Positions 28,062-42,502 of a stretch of DNA of 64,000 nt are shown here, piece by piece. This DNA is from Tubiluchus corallicola (lineage: Eukaryota > Animalia > Priapulida), in NCBI GenBank assembly GCA_030141605.1, contig JAQGDQ010000617.1, positions 62,001 to 126,000 of the forward strand. Direction: 5' to 3'. Position numbers and translations under genes: made by a program. The notes under the pieces were generated by a model. The model searched no databases, was not told the DNA's origin, and worked only from the letters and a program-made list of their open reading frames with translations. Numbering within the stretch: position 1 is the stretch's first letter; each line of letters begins with the position of its first letter.

Positions 28062-29169
28062 ATATATATAATAATATAAAAATTATAAATAAATATATAT
28101 ATATATCATTTTTATTTGTACACGTGGTACAATTACACAAAAATATACAAACAGATCAAAAAGCAAAATAACATTAATTAACAAGATTAGTAAACAATGT
28201 GAATATATACAATTCAGTGTGAGTAGGATAACATGTTAAACACGTGGAACAGGTTCGTGGAATATCTTAGATGTTGAAAATTATGTTAGTTTGTTTCGTC
28301 ATCATTAACCGCCTGCCGTTAATTAAGTTTTTAATCTATTATGTAACTATCATAATTCTGTTAAAATATATACTTTTATCGGATATGAAAATGGGGTATA
28401 TATAAAATTTCATCCTGTCTTTCTTTCAACGATTTTTCACCTATATTTACATCGACCCTGTATGGACTACTACAAAATGAATTCTCTGTTATTAAACGAC
28501 CGAGTTACAGATTTGCTCGCTGTACATGTGTTTTTATCAATGGAAGCACGTGTTTCTTTTTATTTTCTCACATTAACGTTCAAGGCAGATGTTTGGTACA
28601 GTCGAATGATACAACATTATCGGCCGGCCCGACAGTTTGACTTAATTCAACATATACGCCGCCTCATCATTTATTAGCATCACTTGAAAGATGCGCCGAC
28701 TTCTCCGGCGGTCACCTGAAAGATATTTTGCCCGTCGTGATAAATCGGCCTGTCCAGCGTATTGCATGTCCGAGTCTGTTAGCTATGACAAGTACATTGA
28801 ATTTGACTCCAAGTGGATAGTAAATAGCATTTGTATGCGTAGCTATTTCTACGTGTGTGGGAAACATACCAAAAAATGCAGTATGGGCGAATGGGTGATA
28901 GAAATGATACTTATTTTTTACTTATTTTATTCACACCCAATAGTAAAATACAGTCTAGAATAAAAACAATATATATATATATAACACGTTGGCAAAAAAC
29001 ATACAAATACAATATTTACAAGAGTGTGGTAAAAACCCAAAAGATTAACTGCTTACATGTGTCTATTGTGCACAAGGAATTTATGCAAGTTAACTCTATA
29101 TAAGCGTCTTTTAAATAACTTAATATTTTGTGCAGTTACGAGGGGTGCACCATCAACATATGCAGGCAA

Positions 29170-29430
29170 TCAGTTCCAAATCTGTACCACTCGATTTGAG
29201 AAAAATTGAACAAATAATACTTTAGCAGTTCGACGCATGGAAAACTTCAGAGAATGATTTTGTCTTGTTCTATTGCAAGATACACGGGTAGAAAATTTGT
29301 CAAAATCAACATCAACTTTTCTATGAATAACTTTGTAGCATAAAACTAAATCTTTTTGAGTGCGCCTCTCTTCTAAAGATTTTAGATTTAGAATCTCCAG
29401 ACGCTTAGGATATGGAATATACATTAAATT
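29170..29430 (-). mobile_element. CR1-clade LINE ORF2 C-terminal remnant
   Basis: YPKRLEILNLKSLEERR..DLVLCYKVIH..TRQNHSLK..FFSNRVVQIWN is the typical CR1 ORF2 tail. Confidence 0.85.
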
Positions 29431-29511
29431 ACATTTAAAACATATAAATTTAGAAAAACTCATAAAAACACATACATTTAGGAAAATCCGTTCTTTAACT
29501 CCACAGGAAGC

Positions 29512-29810
29512 CATGTTTTATTAATTAAATATTGAACTAAAACACAAAAGCGTGTCACGTGACAAAGTTGTCCATAATATCAATTTATGTCTGACATCAA
29601 TTATCAAATTTAAAAGAAGTAAAGTAATATTTCTATTGAAAAATTTGTGTTTTTGTATTTTAATAGATTATTGTTAGTAAGTGTAAGAGAGAGAGAGAAA
29701 GAAATACCACTAGGAAAACCTACGAAAGCGTATTAGGGCCATATCTGGGTATAATCAGATTTTTTATAATCGATTATGATGGCTCTAATACGCTTTCGTA
29801 AAAACCTACG
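29512..29810 (+). repeat. Local duplicate of 31101-31445 in the Antp intron
   Basis: CATGTTTTATTAATTAAATATTGAACYAAAACACAAAAGCGTGTCACGT... shared; the (GA)n tract differs in length. Confidence 0.85.
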
Positions 29811-31266
29811 AAACAGTCTACTATTTATTTCGAAAAGCAAATAATAACTACGGCAGTTTAATTTATTAGACACACTATTAAAGACAAAATGCGTACAATA
29901 ATATTTAAAATGTTTTGTGATAAGAACGTTTGGTTTGAAATAAAATGTTAAATCAAGAAAAACCAAATTTAAAAAAAAATATTATAAACAACACAGATGT
30001 AAAAATACCAAAAAAAAAAATTTGTCAAGTTAGTATATATATATATAAATATGTTATAGTTATATGTTATATAAATAAACATATATAAATATGTAATAAG
30101 ATATTAGAATTATGTAATAATATATGTATAATTATGTAATATAATATTCTATATTATAATATATACAAGATAATATAATATATGTGTGTGTGTGTGTGTG
30201 CGTGTGTGCGTGCGCGCGTGCGTGTGTGTGTGTGTGTGTGTGTCTGTTCGCTTGCATAGCAAAATCGTCCCTAAGTCGGAAATTAAGATTTTCTAGCTAT
30301 TCACATATCCTGAATCTCCATTTCTTGAGAATCATTTTGATACAAGCCCCCTCGCTGTATGCTATTTCTAAACTGAATCCACATGTGATATGTATTATAC
30401 ATATCCAATGAAACGTACAGATGACTTGCATATCGACTTTTAATTCTTCTTTACTTAAAAAAGGAAATATTTTCTTTCTAAAGCATCTAGCAACAAATTC
30501 CAAAACATAGCTTCCCTTTCGTATCTACAATGTGACTCAGCCCGTTGATTCGGCATTGCACAAATTCAGTAGAAATACACTAGTATTGTAAGTCTAATAA
30601 AATGTATGCAAAAGTTTCAAAACAAAGAGACGTGGTACACAGAAATTTAATAAGTGATATAACGTTAATATACGACAGAAAAGTGTATGGCAAAAAATGG
30701 CTGTTTTCGTCACCTTTTCGAAAAAAATCGGATATTCAGTTCATAATTATAATTAACGTGTTATTAAATTGGATAATTTTTATACCATAAGACTTTTTAA
30801 AGTAAATTCTATACATATATAGGCTATAGTATTTCACAATATTTTGTTGATAACGTTTTTTTATTACTGTTAATCGCACACAATATAATCCCAATTAAAA
30901 CTTTGCCTGATTACAGATATTTTTTAAATTAAGTACGTTTTTTCTTACCTGCAAAAGTTAAGATAGAAAAAGTTATAAAAATTGTCAGACGTTATAAAAG
31001 TTATCAAATATCACACACTGATTGTTTAAGTCTTGCAAAAGGACGCTTTATAATGAACTAGTTTCTAAATTTAAGATAATAATAATAATTACAATAATTA
31101 CATGTTTTATTAATTAAATATTGAACCAAAACACAAAAGCGTGTCACGTAACAAAGTCTATAATATCAATTTACGTTTGACATCAATTATCAAATTTAAA
31201 AGAAGTAAAATAATATTTCTATTGAAAAATTTGTTTTTGTATTTTAATAGATTATTGTTAGTAAAT

Positions 31267-31329
<63 letters not shown>

Positions 31330-31502
31330 GTTGTTAAGAAAACCTACGAAAGCGTATGAGGGCCATGATTTCCGACTACAAAAAATCTGGTTAAAATCTG
31401 ATTTTTATAATCGATTATCGTGGCTCTAATACGCTTTCGTAAAAACGAAAAATTTAAAATGTAAAGATAATAATAATAATAGTAATAATAATAATAATAA
31501 TA

Positions 31503-31617
<115 letters not shown>

Positions 31618-33271
31618 TGTTATAGAAACGAAAAAAATAGCTAACATTTTCTGCTCTGTTTAGGAAATAAAAAAGAGAATGATTTCTAAGTTTTTTTAAA
31701 TTTTTTTACAATATGAGGATAAACGATAAAAAATAGTAAAAATCATAAATTGTTAAAATAAAAAATATGAAAGAAATATGCAGAATTCATGAGCATAAGA
31801 ACAGATAAAAGTAAAGGCCTCGGTTGTAAAAAATACGCAAATAAGATGCGATTCTACATAGTAAATGTAAAACATAGACTATAGACGTATTTTTTTAAAT
31901 AAAACAGGTTGTGGACTTTCATTAACTAAACTTATTTTTAGAGATATTTTTCTTGTATTTTTCATCATTTTTGAACTGTGGTGCGTGCAATTTTTAATTG
32001 ATGACAACCACGACGATGATCATAATAATAATGACGATGATTATGATGACGATTATGATAATGATTATGATGACGATGATGATGATTCTGATTCTGAAGA
32101 TGATGATAATGAGGAGGAGGATGGTGGTGGTGGTGGTGTGATTATGGTGATGACGACAGTGATGATTACGATAACAATTACAACGACAATGACGGTAATG
32201 ACATGGGGATGACGATGTTGATGATGATGGTAATGATGTAGATGTTAGTGATGATGACGGTAGTATGATAGTAAAAAGCAGTGAGGCCGTAATTATTGTT
32301 ACGTATATTTAAAAAAACTATATTTTCCACATACAGATTCCACTGTAATTAATTATGTTAATGTTCGAGCATTAACTTTCAATGATAAATTAATTAAAAA
32401 ACTGAAATGATATTTTTAAACAGTACCACAATTCGTTACAACGGCTCTATGGTTCAAAATCGAGTTACCTTTCGCCGCATTTTGAACTGCATTTTGCTCT
32501 ACTTCTAATTAGCCTATCTTAACGACAGCTCAGGATGCTAATTACAGGTAAAATCACAGGTGTTTCGTAAGGCAAATCGCACACAATTCTCCACATACCT
32601 GTTTCACAGTAGCAATACGAAACAGAACCGACCACATCAGAAGAGAAAAGCAAAATGACGGACGAACAGACGTTATGCCATTTATACAGCCATTTCAGTT
32701 GTTTTATGGACGCAGAGAAATACATTTAAGCTCGACTATACCATGCATCTTTGTTACGTTGAACCAATAAACCCCGTTTATTATCATAATAAATTAATAC
32801 TCGCCAATGCTTGTGCATTCAGCGTTCGGGTACTTCCAGGGTGAAATTTATAATAATGAGCTAAAATTGTAATTACAACGTTGTTTAGGCAGAAATGGCT
32901 GCACGAGACATTGTATTTGACGTAGGAGTGAGAAGGCCATTACGACAGCGTAGAGCAATTTCGACCGCCAAGACATTATTTATGTTGCCGGCTATTTGGC
33001 GTTCGAATAGCTGCTACTCTGGCTTTTAAAATAACACAAAACCGGTCCAGGTTACACTGAAAATGACAGCATTATTTTCAAAATCCATCAATATAAGTAC
33101 CATAACAACAACAATAACTATTATTATTATTATTATTACTATTACTATTACTATTACTATTACTATTACTATTACTATTACCATTACCATTACCATTACC
33201 ATTACCATTACCATTACCATTACCATTACCATTACCATTACCATTACCATTACCATTACCATTACCATTAC

Positions 33272-33343
<72 letters not shown>

Positions 33344-33364
33344 GATGATGATGATGATGATGAT

Positions 33365-34045
33365 AATTTTTTATTACAGGCACTTGAAAACACCACAACT
33401 TTATTAAAACTTTCAATTTACATAGTTAAAAAATCATGTCAAACGTTTCGACAGAGCTACTGCTGTCATCATCTGTGGTAAATTTTTATAAACATATATA
33501 TGCAGTTTATATAGGCAGAGCCTGCAGTATAGAACATTATGTATTACCTGATGATGATGGTAATGATTAAGCATACCAGTAGAAAAGAAATCGATACAGT
33601 GTTATTATGCACTAATACTGGTAAGAAATTAAAAATTCTCCTCAATCCAGAATTAGTGAACATATTTGTGCCTCTCGAGACAAAGAAATAGTTTCAGCAT
33701 TGTTAGCAGAGCTACGATTAACTGGGACATATTAATAAAAAAAGTTTATCTATGTACCTTAATAAGCCTTCTCTTTATGTACAAACAGATCAATTCTTTT
33801 AACATTATTTTCCAACACTTAGCTATTTGTTACAGTATCAATTTCTTTCCTACTGGTCTGCTTAATCATTACCTATTTGGCTTTTCTTAAAAAAATAATT
33901 AGTGCATAATATTCTATACTGTAAGTTCTGCCTATATAAACTGATTGTATGTTTTTGTAAAAAAATACCAATGATGATGACAGCAGTAACTCGGTCGAAT
34001 AATTTGACATGTAAATTAAAGTTTTAATAAAGTTGTGGGTTTTTA
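33365..34045. mobile_element. Same inverted-repeat element, copy 2, in the Antp intron
   Basis: Homologous to 21001-21730; flanked by (ATT)n on the left and (AAT)n on the right. Confidence 0.7.
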
Positions 34046-34081
34046 GCATAAATAATAATAGTAACAGTAATAATAATAATT

Positions 34082-34227
<146 letters not shown>

Positions 34228-34401
34228 AATAATAATAATAATAATAACAATAATATAGGAATCCTCACATTTCAGCTTTGCAGTTATTTTGAATCTATTT
34301 CTAGTATGGAAAATAAGCCACGTAGCCCATCCGTATCGTTCTGGTTTGAGTTTTGGAAATGGTTTTCTGATTGCTGTAGTAGCAACTAGCACAGAAGCAA
34401 A

Positions 34402-34727
34402 CCATCATCATCATCATCATCACCACCACCACCATCATCATCATCATCGTCATCATCGACATCGTCATCGCCATCTTCGTCGTCATCGTAGCTGTCATCG
34501 TCATCATCATCATCATCGTCGACATCAACATCGTCGTCGTCGTCGTCGTTGTCATCATCATCATCATCATCATCATCGTCCTCGCCGCCATCGTCATCGT
34601 CATCGCCATCTTCGTCGTCGTCGTTATTGTCGTCATCGTTGCAGTCATCGTCATCATCATCATCATCGTCGTCGTTGTCATCATCATCGTCCTCGTCGCC
34701 ATCGTCATCGTCATCATCATCGTCATC
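34402..34727. repeat. (CAT)/(CGT) compound microsatellite
   Basis: Directly visible. Confidence 0.95.
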
Positions 34728-35037
34728 AATACTTTCTATCATAAGTGAGTTCCCAGTATAAATACATTATTAAATTTTGCACAATGGAATGTTTCTTTTT
34801 TTGGCAGACGTTGAGCTTCCCGCGGCACGGTCTAGAGGGCGCTGCGTAGCCTTTAAATGATTCTTGCTTTTTGCGGAGGTCAGGCAAAGCATTGCAAGGC
34901 CTACGTCCAATTTTGTAATTAATGGGAATCCATCTTGTCAACTTTACTAACAAAAACTGAACACTGTTGTAGTTGGAATGGCTTCCTATAATTTACAGCT
35001 GTGTGAATACTAAGTTATAAATTCTCATGCTACTTAC

Positions 35038-35581
35038 AATTGGTTTCTCTCATCCACTTGTATATGGGCATAGTTGCTCCTGTTTGACCTGTTTGACTCT
35101 GATGAGGTGGTTGCTGCTGAGACTGGAAGTTCATAAGAGACTCCTCGGGAGGCGACGCGGCTGCCACGGGCGACGCTTGCGACATCGGCTGCAATTTGCA
35201 GCTGCTGTAGTGTTGAGGAGGTTGCTGTGGCGGTTGCGGTGGCGGCGGTGGCGGTACCGCCACGTGGTGACCATTCATGTTTACCTGCTGTGCATTTGAT
35301 TGCTGCTGAGAGCAGGTGCCATCAATGGCACACCCGGGGTCACAACTGCCGTCATAGCCGTAATGATGCTGATTTGTACCAGTGATGGGCCGAATGTCCA
35401 ACCTATCGAAGGGTGGAAACCGCGGATATGTCGGTCCTTGAAGCTGATGTTCATTTGCCGGTTCCACACCGGGGTTGTAATGATGAGACAGCTGTCGTAG
35501 GGATCCATTAACCGGCTCAGTATAATGATCAGTGCTCGACTCAAGTTCACTCAGGTATGAACTCGCAAAATATGAACTCAT
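35038..35581 (-). CDS. Antp: Antennapedia Hox gene, first coding exon
   Basis: GCGGCC-ATG at 35581 gives MSSYF. Contains YPRFPPFDRL and YSSCKLQ (Drosophila Antp: YPRFPPYDRM, YASCKLQ) and hexapeptide IYKWM. Perfect donor T|GTAAGT at 35037; phase 1 joins the homeobox exon (259 aa, 8210-nt intron). The ORF-track start at 35614 is TTG and unlikely to be the real start. Confidence 0.9.
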
Positions 35582-35736
35582 GGCCGCCAGCAATTTCACT
35601 AGATGTCCATCCAATTATTTTCATCCGATGAGGTAGAACCGGTCTAAAGGATGGCCAACGATTCACCGAGCTGATGTCATCTCTGCAAACATCATCAGGG
35701 AGAGTCTATTGAAAAAAAATGAAAAAAATGGATGAA
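35582..35736 (-). other. Antp 5' UTR segment with upstream 3' splice acceptor
   Basis: Minus strand TTTCATCCATTTTTTTCATTTTTTTTCAATAG|ACT: long pyrimidine tract and AG at 35707-35706, 124 nt before the ATG. Confidence 0.55.
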
Positions 35737-37488
35737 ACCGAACGGCTGACAATCGCTTGTCGGCAGCGTCTTCAGTAACAAAGGAGTAAAAAATGGCGCG
35801 CGGGCTGAGAAAATTTACGCAGTTTTTCATTCGGGTGAATTTTTCTCTGAAATTCTACACACTTAAATATCGAAGTGATTTACAGTGAAAACTAGAAGTT
35901 ACAATTATTTACGCAGGAAAGGAAGTCAGATGTTTTGACTAGGAGCCATATTTATAAGTTATAAGTCATTTATTTCACATTACACATTTACAATAGTTAC
36001 ATATACAATATATAGTGAAAGGGTCTACAATGAACATAATACAAATAAGAAATACTGCACAGGAAAAGCCTCAAACACTGTTCACCTATATACAAATGTA
36101 AATGTGTTGCGGGCAATCAAAAAGCAGGGCTTGTTAGATTATCCCACACAGTAAAAGAAAAAAAGTAATGGAAATAATCTGAAAATTTTAAGTGAGCGGT
36201 ATGATAAAAAATTTAGTGCTTAAAATGGAATGATGTGACGTAATGATGTGACGTAATTATTATTACTATCCATCTTCTACATGCTTTTGTACATAGATTC
36301 TCATCCTTGTTCCTGTTTCACATTCAGCCATTTTTTACAAGCTATAATAAGCTTCTCGAATTGCTGCAGTAGTATACTCATAAATAGATACTAATTATTA
36401 TCACTATACCTGTTAACCTGGACTAAAATTATGCATTTATGTACATGTATGTAAAACGTATGTTACTATCATGTGATTATGTGAATTTACTTTAGAATTG
36501 GTGATTATATTTGTAATAATTGTACTCGCTGTTTTTCATTGTTTATAATGTGTGAAAATTTTTGTTACTAAGTATTAAAATATGTTCGTTATCTTTTACT
36601 GCGTATGTATGTAGTGTTGGATTATAATTTGTAATTATGTCTATTGTATATGATCGCTGTTGTTCAATGTGTCACATGCGTTGGATTTTAAATTATATAT
36701 ATATATATATGTGTGAATAGGTTTAATACGTTGTAATTTCTTTTAGAAATTTTAAACATATCCCTGCAAATAGAGAGAATGTATTCTGTACATAGTTTTT
36801 AAAAATAAAAAAATATAATAATGATACTATCATGTACTATTGATGTGAAGTAAATAAATTGAATTGAAATAAATTGAATTGAACCATGCAGACAAAGAGT
36901 AAATGGCTATCAGTCTTTTTCATTGGCCAGTGAACGATTTTGCTCATAATGAAAGAGTTATTATAATAATAGTAATAGTAGTTATTTTAGATACACAATT
37001 CGGTCTGAGCTGCCATCTAAGCTCTAAACGAAACCGAAAAAGATTTTTATTTATTTTTTGTTCATGCCCAATAGTAAACAATACAGTCTACAATAAAAAC
37101 AATATACATAAAAACATACAAATACAATATTTACAAGTACTGTGGTAAAGACACAGAGATTAACTCATTCTAGTATCATCATCCACCATTCCAAAGTGTT
37201 CATTCCTCTTTTCAGAATGAGCAAACCTTATTTCTCTAATTTTCAAAACTTGTTTATTATTATGATGTCATCTGCATATTAATTGGAGTAAATATTAATT
37301 GGCTTTTCAAGTGATTAATATCATCTTAAATGTGAGCATATACAAAAGATAGAAAAGAAGTGGGAATGAATGTGTTGAAATCAACTTATGAAATAAAATA
37401 CATAATAGAGTATATAATTGTGAATAATAAGATTTTCTTACAAAGTTTTTGATACGTCAAAGCGACTCGTCTAGCGTTCACTGAGCAG

Positions 37489-38026
37489 TTAAAGGAAAGG
37501 TCAAGTCTTCTGGGAAGTTATGCTTATTTCAATGTACGCGAAAAATGTTTGGATTTAGTAATAAAACTGCAATAAGCGCCTCGTGTGACTAGTAAAATAG
37601 CTTTAAAGTCTCCATCACTTCATGCTTGGGCGCTCCCATTTTAAATTCCAATTCTTCTTCCAATGACATCTTTCATCTTGAATAAAACTAGCGCACTGTC
37701 ATTCTTGATCAAAAGTTTAATAAGTTTTTACAAAAAAAATAGAAAGCTAATTTTGTAATATCTTTGTGGGAAGGTAAACTGCAGAAGTTTTGATTAGTTT
37801 AAGAAGCGCGCGCTTACGAAAAGTCACGAAGCCTTCAAGTTACGTCATGATTTTCAATTGAACGGCTGAAAACGCCACGCCTATAACTATTCTATTCAGA
37901 GGTAATATATTTTAAATTTATGCTTTATAGACCATTTTTTATAAATTTCTTTGTTATGTTTTTTCAAGTTTAAGTGATAACAGTAAAATAAACTTAACAT
38001 ACTGAATGATTTGTCATTTCCTTCAA
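37489..38026 (+). mobile_element. Kolobok-like family B element
   Basis: TTAA-AGGAAAGGTCAAGT ... TTGTCATTTCCT-TCAA; interior homologous to the 22471 and 25113 copies. Partial copies at about 26902-27030 and 53990-54121 (-). Confidence 0.7.
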
Positions 38027-38687
38027 CGAGTTAATGTAGTCTCTCACTATTTAAATGTTATGGAGTGATCAAAAACAATTTCATGGCTTCAGTCCATCCA
38101 TCCCAGCCACAATATCACACATACATCTCTATATGAAGCTGTGCACGATAAGTGTAGTGTGGTTTTATTCTGATTAGGAAAAGATAAACGAGACGCCATT
38201 ACCGCTTGACTGTTCTTCATTTGTCACAGACTATGTTAGACATTGCTAATGAATTCTTCTCTAAGCCAATCATTTGTCATTAGTGAGCAGATATAGAAAT
38301 CAATTGAAGCTCATCGTTTTCTGACTAGCATAATAATCGCTTGTGTAGATTTATTGTTGCAAATTATGAGCGCCCTCTGGGGGGAACTTAGGCAACGATG
38401 TTTAACTAGGGCATGATTTCGTCATCGAGACAGAGCCACTTGCTTGTCCTTGCATCGATTTTATTTTTTATTCTATCAATGACATTAACTGTTTAATTTA
38501 AATGTTTATTTATTTAAACGTATTTGTCAGTGTCTTAGTAAATGAAAAAAGTGTTTTTAGTGTGTATAAGTAGTTTAATTTAAAAGCAGTGCAGCTCAAA
38601 TAGTTATATTTTGGTTAAGCATTATATTCCTAGGTTCAATATTTATGCTTAAACGGGAAGAAAGGGGAACGTTAGAGTCTATCCAAA

Positions 38688-39420
<733 letters not shown>

Positions 39421-40291
39421 CAATAGTATCATCATAACCATCACCATTATCATTATCACTTACATCGTTATCATCATCAGCGGCAGCACGTGCAGGGTCA
39501 AAAGCATTATATATATATAAACTTTATTTATTTTGAGTGAATTTACAACACAGTAACTAGTACTGATCACAGGATTTCGACTATGTGCAGTGATGAAATA
39601 TACAATTGGTTAGTTCGATTACGTAACAACTCAAAATAGTGAATTCAAAAATACGACTAGTTCATTAATTAATACTTAATTAAAATTTACAAAAGCCACA
39701 CAATAGATACGATAACAGAAACGATTCTCGATGTACATAAGCCTATAAACCCATGCAAAGTACAGGTTGTACATTGTAATGTACAATGTTATTACTTAAT
39801 TCAGAATCCAATGCATGTTGAATTAATACAATTAGTGTAGTATTATAGTTATTACAGCAGTACATGTAGTTGTTTCTAGCATAAATCGTTTATTAATGAG
39901 TACTTGATTGAGAGATAGTCTACATAATAACTTAAAATACAATTATACGGATAATGAGTTAAGAAAACGTTTAGTGGACTTTATGTAGTTCTGCAACAAT
40001 TTCAAGAGAATGCCACTGGATGGATGACCTGATTTGAGTAAAGATTATGTTAATGATGTAATTTTTCGCTTATTATTTCTTTGCAATTAGTAGATCAGTA
40101 ATTCTAAATTTATGGTGAACAACAATTATCTATCGTTGTTTGTTAAGCTGCTAATTAGACCAACAATATTTCCTGCATTTGCTACTTCCACTGTTAGGAA
40201 ATCTTTAAACCTCATAGTAACCAAAATTGTGTTGCCTATTTGCAGATTTAGTGAGAATTGTTACTGCTGAAACAACTGATGGTAAAACTCA

Positions 40292-40843
40292 TTAAAGGAA
40301 AGCCGGACGATTGTGTAGAAGACAGTTCAAGATAAAGAATGCTCTAAAATATTGAAAGCTACAACAGCTTTTTTAAATCAAAGCTTAAGTTAAATAACAA
40401 TTACATCGGATACTCAAATTCTAAACTCTCAAAACTACTCGCGGCTCAGCAAATCCACTAAGACTGGCAGTGGCGCCGTTTTTCACATTCGCGTGAGAAA
40501 AAATTAGACACGGTACGGTGATAAGCATCATCATCAACTGCAGTGTTCGTCTGTGACGTCAGCGTAACATAGAGTCCATTTTCGTGACGTCACATCAGCG
40601 TCTTATAGCAATCTTCGCTTACGCAAACGTGCTTGACGCGCAGGGAAGATGCCTATCATTGCTGGAACTGTGGTTAGTTTGTGACGTAAGCGATAGGTCT
40701 GTTCAGTGGCCGCTAAGTAACTTTCCAAGGTAATTCTTAAAATATTAGAAATAGTTGCTAACTTTTATAGGCAAGAAAATGTATAATTTGGATAGTGAAT
40801 TAAAATGAGATTGAGTCTAATCAATTGTTTAGTTTTCCTTTAA
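40292..40843. mobile_element. Kolobok-like element, family C
   Basis: TTAA-AGGAAAGCCGGACGATTG ... CAATTGTTTAGTTTTCCT-TTAA (imperfect TIR, TTAA TSD). Confidence 0.65.
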
Positions 40844-41770
40844 TTTCACCTAAAAATTCTCCGTGTTGCTTCAAAAATGTACGTTAATACATCGCTTATT
40901 GGTAATGCATTAGTTAATTATTACCAAAGTATCTTGTATTTAGTTTAATTCAGAAATGTATTGATGCTAGTAAAAGACTTTTCTCTGAACCATTATCTCT
41001 GTACAAGAAACTGCTTTCTTCTTCTCTTATGTCAGTCCATCATACACTCCTTTGACTCTCCTTTTCATTTTTTCTTTGAATTTTAATAATAGAATGCTCT
41101 TTGTTTAAATTTCTGTAAAAGCTGTAAATGCCAGAAGCATACGTAAGCTGAACTACTGTTCGACAAAGATTTTTTTCGATTGAAAAATAAAAATAGTTTC
41201 TACAAAAAAAACACGGCACTCCTTAATTTTATGCATAAATATTTTCTATAAAAATGCACGCCAGTCCTTAATTTTATATAAAAATATTTTCCACAAAAAA
41301 AACCGTACGCCGCTACTTAATTTTATGCACGCAAATACAGCTATCAAACATTTCGTATTTTAGCTATACTTCAAACACTAATAATTGTTAACAAGCCAAG
41401 TTCATTTGTGTAACGATGATATATCAAAATATTATGCAATGTTTTGTATTACCGAGCAAAATGAAAGTGTCGGCTGTTCTTTGATCATGGACCATGTGTG
41501 CATAGGTAATCCAGCCCACTAAATCAAAGTGCCATTGTCCAGTAACCAGCAACCTGGAGACGATAGTAATGCTGCAAGTTCAACGCAGCGAGAACATCGT
41601 CACTATTAGAAAGCGGCGACCATCAAAGTCGATTGTAAAACACATCGTCGATGTGTCGACGAGAGAGCTTTTGCGGTCTCCGACAAAAAATTTCTACATC
41701 ATACGATAGTGTTTGGTGGTCTTGGAAAAGATGTCGAAAACAGCTAGTGGAACTGCTAAGTTTTACTATA

Positions 41771-42502
41771 GGTTTTACATGTCAGACCTGCGTTAACTCA
41801 AATGAAGACCTGCGTTAACTCAAATGTAGACCTGCGTTAACTCAAATGTAGATTTACGTAATTCAAATGTGTCTTGGCAACTCAAATGTAGACTTAGGTA
41901 GTTCAAATGTGTTAACAATGGTTTTCAAGAAATCTTAAGCGTTTTTGGCAAGTCAAATGTAGACAGATGTCAAGTCAAATGTGACATTGGTATCTCAAAT
42001 GTGGATAGGTGGTAAAGTTTAAGGATGTTAAATTTAATCTTTTTAATTTCAATTTAATTATTGCTCGTAAGTTAAAATAACAACATTATAGGCCTACTAA
42101 TAGTTCACTAATATTCTGTAAACTTTACATACCACTGGAACTCGTAGAGAAAACAATACATTCTTAAAATAAAAAATGTTTCTTGAGAGAAACTAATTCA
42201 TTAATGCAGTGCTAATGCATTACTTAAAAAACTAATTAGTGATTCACTGTTCATTGGGAAGCTGGAACCGATTTATTCTTTTCTGCACCATAACCATAAA
42301 ATATAATTCTAAATTGGTTTTATCTTTTTGTAATTTGCACTTAAATGAGCTAATTACCGATTTATTTAAAGCACCGCATCTACATTTGACTTACCTGAGT
42401 CATATTTGAGTTACCAAAACACATTCGAAATTCCTATGTCTACATTTGACTTACCTAAGTCACATTTGAACTTTCCGGTGTCTACATTTGACGTGTAAAA
42501 CC
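41771..42502. mobile_element. Unclassified TIR element with about 23-bp subterminal tandem repeats
   Basis: TATA-GGTTTTACATGTCA ... TGACGTGTAAAACC-TATA; AACTCAAATGTAGAC repeats on the left, inverted CTACATTTGA repeats on the right. Confidence 0.75.

Noticed and set aside
34289-34761. His/Arg-, Asp- and Ser-rich ORFs
   Set aside because: (CAT)/(CGT) microsatellite inside the Antp intron.
35582-35614. N-terminal extension MDGHLVKLLAA of Antp containing LVKLL
   Set aside because: Starts at TTG with an in-frame stop just upstream; the conserved start is MSSYF, so the LXXLL-like string is not translated.
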